DNA of 64,000 nucleotides from Candidatus Latescibacterota bacterium (lineage in GTDB: Bacteria; Latescibacterota; UBA2968), in the NCBI GenBank assembly GCA_965207885.1, contig OZ242311.1, positions 1,344,001-1,408,000 on the forward strand, given 5' to 3'. Within the stretch, counting starts at the first letter, position 1; every line of letters begins with the position of its first letter. Positions 1 to 9,243 of this stretch are shown one piece after another. The position numbers and the translations under genes are program-made. The notes under the pieces are model-generated. The model was not told the DNA's origin. It did no database searches and was given only the letters and a program-made list of their open reading frames with translations.

Positions 1-1
1 G

Positions 2-187
2 CAGAGTACGGGACAGGGCCATCCGCGATATCAGCCCATATCCGAGGAAGGTCCAGATCACCGAAAAATTTTCTTTATTGAAGTAACCCTTCAGGGCAAT
101 CGATTGGGCGAAGGACAGGGGCGCAGTAAAAAAGAAGCCCAACAGATGGCCGCAAAAGACGCGCTCAGACATCTGGGCCTGCACTAA
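2..187 (+). CDS. rnc: Ribonuclease III, C-terminal dsRNA-binding domain (partial, runs off window start)
   Basis: Own translation of frame 2: ...GHPRYQPISEEGPDHRKIFFIEV...GEGQGRSKKEAQQMAAKDAL..., the RNase III dsRBD signature (GPxH...F, G.G.SKKEA.Q.AA..AL); stop TAA 185-187. Confidence 0.85.
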   Translation, partial: QSTGQGHPRYQPISEEGPDHRKIFFIEVTLQGNRLGEGQGRSKKEAQQMAAKDALRHLGLH

Positions 188-189
188 CC

Positions 190-1029
190 GTGACACAATA
201 CGATCCCCCCAAATGGCGTTTCCTGAATACCCAACATGGAAACGCCTTTTTTAATATGGCAGTAGATGAAGCCCTCGTGCGCTCGATAGCAACAGGTGCT
301 CGGCCCGCATTTCGCGTTTACGGGTGGCAACCGCCCGCGGTCTCCTTTGGATATGCACAGCGCATCAGCCGCGAAGTCGATGCCCAAAAAGTTCGCGAGC
401 GCGGTATCGACATTGTCCGTCGTCCCACCGGTGGCCGCGCTGTCTTGCACTGGAACGAACTGACCTACAGCGTTGTCTGCCCTGCCGACAATCCCGTGAT
501 GGGGGGCAATATCAACGAAGCCTATCGCAAAATCAGCGAAGGCCTCCTGGCGGGTATTCGCGCTCTCGGCGTCGATGCGACCTTTGAATCCCGTCGCCAA
601 ACACAGCCCTCACCGCGCGGCAAAGAACTCACCGCGCCCTGTTTTACCAGTACGGCGCAATACGAAGTCACATTTAAGGGGCGCAAACTCATCGGCAGCG
701 CGCAACAGCGCATCGGTACAATGCTCTTGCAACACGGATCACTCCTGCTCGGCGCAGAGCACAAACAAATCGCCGACCTTCTGCCCGGCGACAAACCAGG
801 CCTACAAAAGCGTTTTGCACGCGAACTCGACCGCCACACCACCTCGCTCTCTGAAGCTCTCGCATACCCCATCAATTTCGACACGGCGGCCACAGCCATC
901 CGGCAAGGCATTCAAAATACCTTTAACATCCAACTTGTTGAAGCCTCACTCAGCGAAACAGAAATCGCCGAAACCCAACGCCTTATCGCCGAGAAATACG
1001 CAACCTATGAATGGAATGACAAGTATTGA
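190..1029 (+). CDS. Lipoate-protein ligase A / LipM octanoyltransferase family protein
   Basis: NMAVDEAL, VRRPTGGRAVLH, ELTYS, GRKLIGSAQ, LLQHGS motifs of the BPL_LplA_LipB family; no C-terminal LplA extension. Confidence 0.9.
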   Translation: MTQYDPPKWRFLNTQHGNAFFNMAVDEALVRSIATGARPAFRVYGWQPPAVSFGYAQRISREVDAQKVRERGIDIVRRPTGGRAVLHWNELTYSVVCPADNPVMGGNINEAYRKISEGLLAGIRALGVDATFESRRQTQPSPRGKELTAPCFTSTAQYEVTFKGRKLIGSAQQRIGTMLLQHGSLLLGAEHKQIADLLPGDKPGLQKRFARELDRHTTSLSEALAYPINFDTAATAIRQGIQNTFNIQLVEASLSETEIAETQRLIAEKYATYEWNDKY

Positions 1030-1438
1030 TTCTTCAAAGGCCTGGACCTCGCATCCCTTGCGCGAAGAGCCTTTGGCAAAATCTGTTTTACTCGTGCTCA
1101 TCATCCTGGGCGTCGCGTTTATTGTCGGCGTGAGCTTTCAGAGCATCTCTTTCGCCTTTCTTTCACTCGCATTGCTCACCGCGGCGATGACCCGCTATTT
1201 TTTCACAACGCGCTATGTTATCGACCCTCGCGGTTTTACCATTTCACATATCGGTATGCGCAGGCAGTATTTGTGGACAAATTTTCGCCGCGCCGCACGC
1301 CATCCCAACGGCGTCTTCTTAAGTCCTTTTGCCAAACCGCATCGCCTCGACACATTTCGAGGTCAATTCCTGCGCTCGAAAAACCCCGCTGAGATCTACC
1401 ATGTCGTCCAAAAACACATCGCTATTGACCCGACTTAA
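1016..1438 (+). CDS. Small membrane protein (2 TM helices plus short soluble domain), unknown function
   Basis: 3' part of ORF 575..1438; ATG at 1016 overlaps the ligase 3' end; two hydrophobic helices followed by a beta-rich tail. Confidence 0.7.
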   Translation: MTSIDSSKAWTSHPLREEPLAKSVLLVLIILGVAFIVGVSFQSISFAFLSLALLTAAMTRYFFTTRYVIDPRGFTISHIGMRRQYLWTNFRRAARHPNGVFLSPFAKPHRLDTFRGQFLRSKNPAEIYHVVQKHIAIDPT

Positions 1439-1754
1439 AAATTATTGCACCCATGCCTTTGCCGTTTCTCCCCCCGAAAGTGCTATCACTGAAGACGATG
1501 AAGTTCTCGCCGAAAAAGCCGCCGCCTTCATCGTGAGGCGCAGACTCACAGCGCCAGCTATTATGTTACTTGAAACCGGGCGACCCTTTAACTATATTGG
1601 CAGCCAACTTTTGACTTTTTTGTCGCCCTTCGTATCCATCATCTTCTCCTCAACAGCCGAGTTTGACCGCTTCACGCGCTTTCTGGAAAAACGGGAAAGC
1701 ATTCCCTGCCTCATTCGCCATATTGAAACCCTGGAAAACAAAAACCATGGATAA
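1401..1754 (+). CDS. Hypothetical protein
   Basis: ORF 1329..1754 with likely ATG at 1401; overlaps both neighbours, which suggests translational coupling. Confidence 0.65.
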   Translation: MSSKNTSLLTRLKNYCTHAFAVSPPESAITEDDEVLAEKAAAFIVRRRLTAPAIMLLETGRPFNYIGSQLLTFLSPFVSIIFSSTAEFDRFTRFLEKRESIPCLIRHIETLENKNHG

Positions 1755-3534
1755 ACTCGACGTCATCATCGCTACCGATTGCGGCAGCACCACGACCAAA
1801 GCCATCTTGATAGAAAAAAAGGGCGATGTCTATCGCCAGACCTATCGAGGCGAAGCACCTACCACAGTTGAAGCCCCCTATGAAGACGTCACGCGCGGCG
1901 TACTCAACGCCATTCAAGAAGTCGAAGAACTCTCTAACAGACAAATTCTCGACGGCGAAACCATCATCACACCCGCAGAAGATCATCGCGGGGTTGACAT
2001 CTACATTTCTACCAGCAGCGCAGGCGGCGGTCTGCAAATGATGGTCGGCGGCGTCATTCAGGCCATGACCGGCGAAAGCGCACAGCGCTGCGCCCTCGGC
2101 GCAGGCGCAATTGTCATGGACATTCTCGCGTCCAACGACGGGCGGCAGCCCCACGAAAAAATCGAACGCATTCGCCAGTTGCGCCCCGATATGGTGCTCC
2201 TTTCGGGCGGCACAGATGGCGGCACCATTTCGCACGTTGTCGAACTGGCCGAATTCATTTCGGCAGCCGACCCCAAACCGCGATTTGGATCGGGATACCA
2301 ACTGCCCGTCATTTACGCTGGAAACAAAGATGCCGCGCAGGAAATCGAACGCACCCTGGGCGACAAAACTGCCCTCACCATCACGGAAAACATCCGCCCC
2401 ACGCTCGAAGAAGAAAACCTTGGACCAGCTCGCCACGTGATCCACGACCTCTTTCTCGAACACGTCATGGCGCAAGCACCGGGCTATCGAAAACTCATCT
2501 CCTGGACAGGCGCACCCATCATGCCCACGCCCGGCGCAGTTGGCCTCATGATGCAAACCGTATCCAAACAACAAAATATCAATGTCGTGGGCGTTGACAT
2601 AGGCGGCGCCACCACCGACGTATTCAGCGTCTTTGACGATATCTTCAACCGCACGGTATCTGCCAATCTCGGCATGTCCTACAGCGTATCCAACGTACTC
2701 GCCGAAGCGGGCCTCAACGATGTCATGCGCTGGGTGCCTTTCAAAATCGACGAAGCCGACCTGCGAGACCGCATCAAAAACAAAATGATCCGCCCCACCA
2801 CAATTCCGCAAATGCTCGAAGAACTTCAGGTCGAACAGGCCATTGCCCGCGAAGCCTTGCGCCTGGCCTTTATCCAGCACCGTGCACTGGCCGTGGGTCT
2901 CAAAGGCGTACAGGCAGAGCGCACCCTGTCCGATGTATTCGACCAATCCGAAGGCGGCGAAAGCCTCATCAAAATGCGCGACCTCGATCTCCTCGTCGGA
3001 AGCGGCGGCGTTCTATCTCACGCTCCGCGTCGAATGCAAACAGCCGCTATGCTCATTGACGCCTTCCAGCCCGAAGGCATCACGCGCCTCGCCGTTGACA
3101 GCATCTTTATGATGCCACACCTCGGCGTGCTTTCATCGGTCAACGAAATCGCCGCCACGCAGGTTTTTGAACGCGACTGCCTCATTTACCTCGGCACCTG
3201 TATCGCACCCATCGCCCAGGGCAAAATCGGCACGCCCTGTGCGCAATACGAAATCGGCCTTCCCGACGGAACCCAATCGGGCACCCTGAATATTGGCGAT
3301 CTTCTACATTTCCCGCTCGAAGCAGGTCAGGAAGCACACCTCACCTTACAGCCCGAGCGCAACACAGACGCAGGTGCCGGGCCGGGCCGAGAACTGAACA
3401 CCACAGTCAAAGGGGGCACCGCCGGGCTGATCCTTGACGGACGCGGGCGCCCCATTGTATTTGCCGAAAATCAATCCGAACGCGCCGATCAAATAAGCCA
3501 GTGGAGCGAGACCCTCGACCTCTATCCCCGGTAA
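1747..3534 (+). CDS. glmL: GlmL/MutL-like (glutamate/methylaspartate mutase reactivase family) ASKHA ATPase
   Basis: ATDCGSTTTK (phosphate-1), SSAGGGL, LSGGTDGG, MPTPGAV, VDIGGATTDVFS (phosphate-2) and GSGGVLSHAP motifs; ATG at 1747. Confidence 0.85.
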   Translation: MDKLDVIIATDCGSTTTKAILIEKKGDVYRQTYRGEAPTTVEAPYEDVTRGVLNAIQEVEELSNRQILDGETIITPAEDHRGVDIYISTSSAGGGLQMMVGGVIQAMTGESAQRCALGAGAIVMDILASNDGRQPHEKIERIRQLRPDMVLLSGGTDGGTISHVVELAEFISAADPKPRFGSGYQLPVIYAGNKDAAQEIERTLGDKTALTITENIRPTLEEENLGPARHVIHDLFLEHVMAQAPGYRKLISWTGAPIMPTPGAVGLMMQTVSKQQNINVVGVDIGGATTDVFSVFDDIFNRTVSANLGMSYSVSNVLAEAGLNDVMRWVPFKIDEADLRDRIKNKMIRPTTIPQMLEELQVEQAIAREALRLAFIQHRALAVGLKGVQAERTLSDVFDQSEGGESLIKMRDLDLLVGSGGVLSHAPRRMQTAAMLIDAFQPEGITRLAVDSIFMMPHLGVLSSVNEIAATQVFERDCLIYLGTCIAPIAQGKIGTPCAQYEIGLPDGTQSGTLNIGDLLHFPLEAGQEAHLTLQPERNTDAGAGPGRELNTTVKGGTAGLILDGRGRPIVFAENQSERADQISQWSETLDLYPR

Positions 3535-3563
3535 GAGAAAGGCCATAATTTAAATTTATTTTC

Positions 3564-3591
3564 TTGTAAAGTAACCCACGCATTGTATATT
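3564..3591 (+). promoter_or_regulatory. Possible internal sigma70 promoter (TTGTAA-N16-TATATT)
   Basis: AT-rich 85-bp gap upstream of ORF 3620; GTAACCCA repeated at 3571 and 3601. Confidence 0.35.
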
Positions 3592-3619
3592 CCGTTATCC
3601 GTAACCCAGGTATTACTCT

Positions 3620-4738
3620 ATGGCACACGCATACACACCCGGTCTTCGCGTTACCCCACAGACCCTTCTTCAACGCCAGCGCCAACTCCCCCTCAAAGGT
3701 GAAGTCGTCGTATCACAAGGCGATAGCGTGACGCGCGATCAGGTCGTTGCCCACACGCACTTGCCCGGCAACGTCACCACTCTCAATCTGGTCAATATCC
3801 TGAGTTGCACACCAGAAGAATTGCCCAATTACATGCTCAAACGCGAAGGCGACCCCGTCGAAGTAGGCGAACCCATTGCCGAAACCCGCCCCTTCATCAA
3901 ATGGTTCAAAACCACCGTTAAAGCACCTATTAGTGGCACCCTTGAAAGCATCTCCAAAATCACTGGACAGGTCATCTTTCGCGCCCCTCCGCGCCCCGTT
4001 CAGGTACAGGCATACATCGATGGCAACATAGTTGAAATCCTGCCCGAAGAAGGCGTCATTGTCGAAACCACAGGTGCATTTGTGCAGGGCATCTTTGGCG
4101 TAGGCGGTGAGACCTGGGGACCTCTACACGTCATCTCCGAAGAGCCAGATCAAATATTAACCCCCGACCAAATCGACGACTCGTGCGCGGGAAAAATCGT
4201 CGTAGGCGGCAATTTGCTCACTCTCGATGTGATCGACAAAGCGCGGGAAATCGGCGCCGTTGGCATCATTGGCGGCGGCATCCGCGACGCCGACTTGCGC
4301 GACCTGCTCGGTTACGACCTCGGCGTAGCCATCACCGGCACCGAAAATATCGGCCTCACCGTCATCCTCACCGAAGGCTTTGGCTCCATCTCAATGGCGC
4401 ACAAAACCTTTGGCATACTGAGCGAAAACAACGGCAAAGAAGCCTCTGTCTCGGGCGCCACCCAGATCCGCGCAGGTGTTCTGCGTCCCGAAATCATCAT
4501 TCCAGAATCCAGCATCCACGAACAAACCGAAGAATCCGATCATCCGGGCCTCATCGAAGGGGCACTCTTGCGCGTGATTCGCGCGCCCTATTTTGGTCAG
4601 GTGGGCAAAGTCACGGCACTGCCACCCGAATTGCAAACAGTCGAATCCGAAACCCATGTGCGCGTACTCGAAGTCGAATTTGACAATGGCGAACGCGCCA
4701 CTGTCCCGCGTGCCAACGTCGAACTCATCCAAGAGTAA
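3620..4738 (+). CDS. GlmL-associated hypothetical protein with lipoyl/biotinyl-like barrel-sandwich segment and C-terminal KOW-like domain
   Basis: EGDPVEVGEPIAE...VKAPISGTLESI hybrid-motif pattern; Gly-rich alpha/beta core (VQGIFGVGGE, GIIGGG, TEGFG); C-terminal LRVIRAPYFGQVGKV. Confidence 0.75.
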   Translation: MAHAYTPGLRVTPQTLLQRQRQLPLKGEVVVSQGDSVTRDQVVAHTHLPGNVTTLNLVNILSCTPEELPNYMLKREGDPVEVGEPIAETRPFIKWFKTTVKAPISGTLESISKITGQVIFRAPPRPVQVQAYIDGNIVEILPEEGVIVETTGAFVQGIFGVGGETWGPLHVISEEPDQILTPDQIDDSCAGKIVVGGNLLTLDVIDKAREIGAVGIIGGGIRDADLRDLLGYDLGVAITGTENIGLTVILTEGFGSISMAHKTFGILSENNGKEASVSGATQIRAGVLRPEIIIPESSIHEQTEESDHPGLIEGALLRVIRAPYFGQVGKVTALPPELQTVESETHVRVLEVEFDNGERATVPRANVELIQE

Positions 4739-4760
4739 ACGACCCATCGGGAGATTGCGT

Positions 4761-5966
4761 ATGAGATATTTTTTAACTTGCATCACACTCGTGCTCTGCA
4801 CGGCACAGGTGTATGCACAACAACCCACCGGTGTCAAAGCAGAAGACACCCCCAACGACTCGGGAGGCAGCATCACCGTTGTGTGGAACCGCGCAGAACT
4901 TCCCGACGGTGCAATGTATAAAATTGTAGTCAGTGAATCGGAAACCGGTCCTTTTCACCCCGCAGCCAATATCGACCCATCGGGCAACCTGCAATCCAGC
5001 GATCCAGGCACTTTTGGGCATGGCGAAGAAACATCCCAAATGCACTTTGCCAAAATCGCTGAATATACTGATCCCACCGATCCGTCTAAAAAGATCGCCA
5101 TCGAAAACGGCAAAACCTATTATGTACAGGTTATATCCCTATCTCCCTCTGGCGAATCATTTCCCTCTGCAGTCGCAAGCGCAGAAGCGTCTGAAAATTT
5201 ATTCAACTTCCTCAAAACCAATAATTTCATCATCGGCACGATCTTCTCCCTCATCATTTTAGGCGGCATTTTCCTCGCCCAAAAACGCGAACTCTTCATC
5301 CGCCGCATCGCCGGTCTCGAAGCCCTTAACGAAGCCCTCGGTCGCGCAACTGAAATGGGCAAACCCGTGCTTTTTGCACACGGATTGCATCCCATGGGTA
5401 GTGTTTCTACCATTGCGGCGATCAATGTTCTCGCGCGCGTGGCAAATCGCACTGCCGAATTTAACACCGAATTGCGCGTGGCCAACAATGATCCCGTAGT
5501 AATGGCTGTGAGTCAGGAGGTCGTCAAAGAATCCTATCTCAACGCAGGTCGGCCCGATGCCTACTCAGAGGACATGGTCTTTATGGTTGCCACCGAGCAA
5601 TTCAGCTATGCCGCAGCTCTCGACGGCATGATGGTGCGCGACAGACCAGCTACCAATATCATGATGGGCTATTTCTACGCAGAATCGCTCTTGCTGGCAG
5701 AAACAGGTGCTTCCATAGGCGCAATCCAAATCGCGGGTACTGACTCCTACACCCAACTGCCCTTTTTCATTACCACCTGTGACTATACGCTCATGGGCGA
5801 AGAACTCTATGCGGCAAGCGCGTATCTCGCCCGCGAACCCAAATTGCTGGGTAGCCTCAAAGGTCAAGACATCGGCAAAGCAGTGCTCTTAATCGTCATG
5901 ATTTTGGGCACGATCCTGGCGACTCTTGGAAGTCAAACACTCACGCATATTTTCACGGCATATTAG
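4761..5966 (+). CDS. Exported FN3-domain / DUF6754-like membrane protein
   Basis: Signal peptide from ATG 4761; FN3-like segments (PTGVKAEDTPND.G.SITVVW, NGKTYYVQV); TM helix, then IRRIAGL.A..EA.GRATEMGKP, QIAGT, QLPFF.TTCDYTL.GEELYAASAYL; C-terminal TM. Confidence 0.75.
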   Translation: MRYFLTCITLVLCTAQVYAQQPTGVKAEDTPNDSGGSITVVWNRAELPDGAMYKIVVSESETGPFHPAANIDPSGNLQSSDPGTFGHGEETSQMHFAKIAEYTDPTDPSKKIAIENGKTYYVQVISLSPSGESFPSAVASAEASENLFNFLKTNNFIIGTIFSLIILGGIFLAQKRELFIRRIAGLEALNEALGRATEMGKPVLFAHGLHPMGSVSTIAAINVLARVANRTAEFNTELRVANNDPVVMAVSQEVVKESYLNAGRPDAYSEDMVFMVATEQFSYAAALDGMMVRDRPATNIMMGYFYAESLLLAETGASIGAIQIAGTDSYTQLPFFITTCDYTLMGEELYAASAYLAREPKLLGSLKGQDIGKAVLLIVMILGTILATLGSQTLTHIFTAY

Positions 5967-5980
5967 CAGAGGATTCTTTC

Positions 5981-6637
5981 ATGCTTTTTTTAAGACGTAC
6001 TCTTCCGCTAATCATCGCCTTTGTCCTGGGTATGATTGGCATTCTCGTTTTCTATATCCCATACAGCGGTGCTCAAAGTCTCGAACAAGAATTGGCAACA
6101 TGGGATCGAATTGTCGCTGCCTTTGCTATGATATTGGGCATCTATAGCCTGATGCGATTGCACTGGAACCGCGTTCAACGCCAGCAAGCTGCATGGGGAT
6201 ATAGTTTCCTGGTATTCGTGGGTTTTGTAATTACAACTCTCTTTGCAATCTACAATGATGGTATAGGTCCATTCGAGCCACAGGTACTCAATTCGGGACC
6301 TTTTGACTGGATGTATAAATACGTCCAGGTACCTGCCGATGCCACCATGTTCTCCATACTCGCGTTTTTCATCGCCTCGGCAGCCTATCGCACTTTTCGA
6401 GCCCGCACGCCCGAAGCGGCAATCCTGCTCGTATCCGCCATTATCGTGATGATCGGCCGTGTACCCATTGGCGCGTCAATTTACCATGGACTTCCCGAAA
6501 TTGCCCAGTGGATGATGGATGTGCCCAATCTGGCAGCCAAACGCGGCATCTTGCTCGGCGTCAGCCTTGGTGCTGTCGCCACGGCATTGCGTATCATCTT
6601 TGGCATCGAACGCTCTTATCTCGGCGGAGGTGAATAA
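5981..6637 (+). CDS. Polytopic membrane protein, unknown function (GlmL cluster)
   Basis: About 6 TM helices; ATMFSILAFFIASAAYRTFRAR and ALRIIFGIERSYLG; TAATG overlap with the next gene. Confidence 0.8.
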   Translation: MLFLRRTLPLIIAFVLGMIGILVFYIPYSGAQSLEQELATWDRIVAAFAMILGIYSLMRLHWNRVQRQQAAWGYSFLVFVGFVITTLFAIYNDGIGPFEPQVLNSGPFDWMYKYVQVPADATMFSILAFFIASAAYRTFRARTPEAAILLVSAIIVMIGRVPIGASIYHGLPEIAQWMMDVPNLAAKRGILLGVSLGAVATALRIIFGIERSYLGGGE

Positions 6638-7467
6638 TGAAAGAATTTTTGCTCAATATCGACCGCCGCATCATCTTCATTTTTGTCGCGCTCGGCATCA
6701 TCATTCCATCGTTGGCAGCCGTGCGCCTGCCTATTCCCATCACAAAAGATGTGAAAGCGATTTACGACACCATCGAAGAAGTGAGTGCAAAAAACGGCAC
6801 CATTCTCATCTCCTTTGACTACGGTCCCGGCTCCATGCCCGAAGTACAGCCCATGGCCCTTGCAGTTTTGCGCCACTGTTTTCGCAAAAATGTCAAAGTT
6901 GTTGGAATGTCTCACTGGCCAACTGCTGTGGGGCTTGCACAAGAAGCATTTGATACCGCATCAAAAGAATTTGTCACACAATACGGTGAGGATTATACGT
7001 ATCTGGGTTATAAACCGGGTGGGGGTTCTCTGGTCATCAATATGGGCAGAAACTTTCACGATGCATTTCAAAAAGATTTGCAAGGTAGCGATACGACCGA
7101 ATTACCTGTCACCAAAAACATAAAGGGATTGGCGGACTTCGACTATGTGATCTGCCTGGCATCGGGCAACACACCCGATGGGATATGGATACCTTTCGGG
7201 CAAGAACGCTACAAATTCAAATTTGGCATTGGCTGTACTGCTGTTATGGCACCCGATCAATACCCCTATTTGCAATCGGGCCAAATGAACGGCATGATGG
7301 GCGGATTGGCCGGTGCCGCCGAATATGAAACCCTGATTGAAACATCGGACAAAGCCACCGCAGGCATGGGTGCACAATCCTTTGTTCATCTCATCATCAT
7401 CGCCTTCATCATATTGGGCAATGTGATGTACTTCCTCTATGGCCGCCAGAAAGGGGGCGTCCAGTGA
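6637..7467 (+). CDS. Membrane-anchored protein, unknown function (GlmL cluster)
   Basis: N- and C-terminal TM helices around a soluble domain; YPYLQSGQM.GMMGGLAGAAEYE motif. Confidence 0.8.
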   Translation: MKEFLLNIDRRIIFIFVALGIIIPSLAAVRLPIPITKDVKAIYDTIEEVSAKNGTILISFDYGPGSMPEVQPMALAVLRHCFRKNVKVVGMSHWPTAVGLAQEAFDTASKEFVTQYGEDYTYLGYKPGGGSLVINMGRNFHDAFQKDLQGSDTTELPVTKNIKGLADFDYVICLASGNTPDGIWIPFGQERYKFKFGIGCTAVMAPDQYPYLQSGQMNGMMGGLAGAAEYETLIETSDKATAGMGAQSFVHLIIIAFIILGNVMYFLYGRQKGGVQ

Positions 7468-8195
7468 AACGCGATCATATAATTTTTATTGCCTTCTTGT
7501 TCCTCTTTGCCGCCATCAATATTTACCTCTTTGGCTCAGACAAGCTCTCTCTGGATTGGGCCGGCTTTGGCATATTTATTGCGGCTGGCATTACCCTGTC
7601 GCTTTACAGCTTTCTCTACGAAGACAACCCCCTCTTCAAATTTGCCGAAAATCTCTATGTAGGAGTCGCAGCCGCGTACACGCTCACACAGGTCTGGTAC
7701 AACGTGCTTTTGGTCGATGTCGTGAATCCCCTCTCCGAACTCGGCAGCGAAAGCATGAACAACTTGTGGCTCATTGTCCCCACATTGCTCGGTTTCTTTA
7801 TGCTCACCCAACTCTCCTCAGCAAAATTTAGCTGGCTCAGTCGTATCGCATTCGCGTTTGTGGTTGGCCTGGGATCGGGGCTGGCTATTCCGCGCACCAT
7901 TGCGGCCAATGTTTTGGCTCAACTAGAACCGACCATGCAACCCATAACAGCCACCTGGGCTGGATTAGACCTCTTCATTATTCTGGTCGGTGTCGTTACA
8001 GTACTCGTGTATTTCTTTTACTCTGTCGAACACACTGGCCCCGTGGGCGTGGCGTCCAAAATCGGTATCTGGTTCCTCATGATCTCGTTCGGTGCATCAT
8101 TTGGCTACACCATCATGGCGCGTCTCTCGCTGCTGATTGGGCGCGTCGGATTCTTACTTGAAGACTGGCTCGTGCTCGAATTGCCTCTATTTTGA
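7464..8195 (+). CDS. Polytopic membrane protein, unknown function (GlmL cluster)
   Basis: About 7 TM helices; YSFLYEDNPLFKFAENLYVG and FLMISFGASFGYTIMARLSLLIGR; GTGA overlap with previous gene. Confidence 0.8.
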   Translation: MKRDHIIFIAFLFLFAAINIYLFGSDKLSLDWAGFGIFIAAGITLSLYSFLYEDNPLFKFAENLYVGVAAAYTLTQVWYNVLLVDVVNPLSELGSESMNNLWLIVPTLLGFFMLTQLSSAKFSWLSRIAFAFVVGLGSGLAIPRTIAANVLAQLEPTMQPITATWAGLDLFIILVGVVTVLVYFFYSVEHTGPVGVASKIGIWFLMISFGASFGYTIMARLSLLIGRVGFLLEDWLVLELPLF

Positions 8196-8280
8196 TTTGG
8201 GGAGCAGCGCGTGTCCATTCACTCATTGCAAAAAAACGGGAACGTTCAAACCTGTATAGAAGTCCAAAGAAAAATCTTAC

Positions 8281-9243
8281 ATGCCCAATTCCGTGCTGAC
8301 AGTTGACAACCTCCAAACGCATTTTCACACAGACAGCGGAACAGCGAGGGCGGTAGATGGTGTATCATTCACACTCAACAAGGGCGAAACTTACGGCCTT
8401 GTTGGTGAATCGGGGTGCGGAAAAAGTGTTACTTCGCTGTCAATCATGCGATTGGTACCTCATCCTGGCCGCATTGAAGGTGGGCATATTTTTTTTCAAA
8501 ACCGAGACCTGGTATCCCTTTCGGATACCGAAATGCGCGACATACGCGGCAATGACATTGCCATGATCTTTCAGGAACCCATGACCAGCCTCAACCCGGT
8601 TTACACCTGTGGGTTCCAGATTGATGAAGCCGTGAGGCGGCATCAGGGATTAGAAAAAACAGAAGCGCGAAAAAAAACAGTTGAAATGCTCCACCTCGTG
8701 GGCCTGCCCGATCCCGAGCAACGCGCAAACGAATACCCGCACCAATTATCGGGCGGACAACGCCAGCGCGTCATGATCGCCATGGCCCTCTCGTGCAATC
8801 CCAAAGTGCTGATAGCCGACGAACCCACAACAGCACTCGATGTCACTATTCAGGCGCAAATCCTGGACCTGTTGCGCGACTTGCAACAACAACTCGGCAT
8901 GGCCGTCCTGCTCATCACACACGATTTGGGTATTATTGCCGAAGCCGCCGATCAGGTCGCGGTCATGTACGCAGGCAAAATTGTAGAAACCGGACCATCA
9001 GATGCGATCTTTCACAACCCCAGGCATCCTTACACGCAGGGTTTACTCGCATCAGTACCCCGTCTGGATATCGCGAATAATCGCCTCAGAACCATTCCGG
9101 GCACAGTGCCCGAAGCCACGCGATTTCCACCGGGATGTCGATTTGCAGATCGATGTGAAAAAGTCGATTCAATTTGCAGGGAAACCACACCGCAACTGCA
9201 ACCAATTGACGGCGATCACCAGACCGCATGTTGGATGGCATAA
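8281..9243 (+). CDS. oppD: Oligopeptide/dipeptide ABC transporter ATP-binding subunit
   Basis: GESGCGKS Walker [31 protein letters not shown]-terminal HPYT...GCRF..RC oligo_HPY domain. Confidence 0.92.
   Translation: MPNSVLTVDNLQTHFHTDSGTARAVDGVSFTLNKGETYGLVGESGCGKSVTSLSIMRLVPHPGRIEGGHIFFQNRDLVSLSDTEMRDIRGNDIAMIFQEPMTSLNPVYTCGFQIDEAVRRHQGLEKTEARKKTVEMLHLVGLPDPEQRANEYPHQLSGGQRQRVMIAMALSCNPKVLIADEPTTALDVTIQAQILDLLRDLQQQLGMAVLLITHDLGIIAEAADQVAVMYAGKIVETGPSDAIFHNPRHPYTQGLLASVPRLDIANNRLRTIPGTVPEATRFPPGCRFADRCEKVDSICRETTPQLQPIDGDHQTACWMA

Noticed and set aside
575-1015. Long N-terminal extensions in the ORF track (575, 4593, 20003, 33959, 37620, 44549, 55574)
   Set aside because: They overlap upstream genes, promoters or terminators; better-placed downstream ATGs exist, mostly with an RBS or translational coupling.
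1711-2946. Long antisense ORFs (also 11004..12173, 26354..27184, 32616..33257, 51355..52005)
   Set aside because: Shadow ORFs opposite well-supported genes, with no motifs; explained by codon bias.
1747-3534. Glutamate mutase pathway, or DNA-repair MutL
   Set aside because: No mutase subunits in the window; motifs are ASKHA-type, not GHKL.
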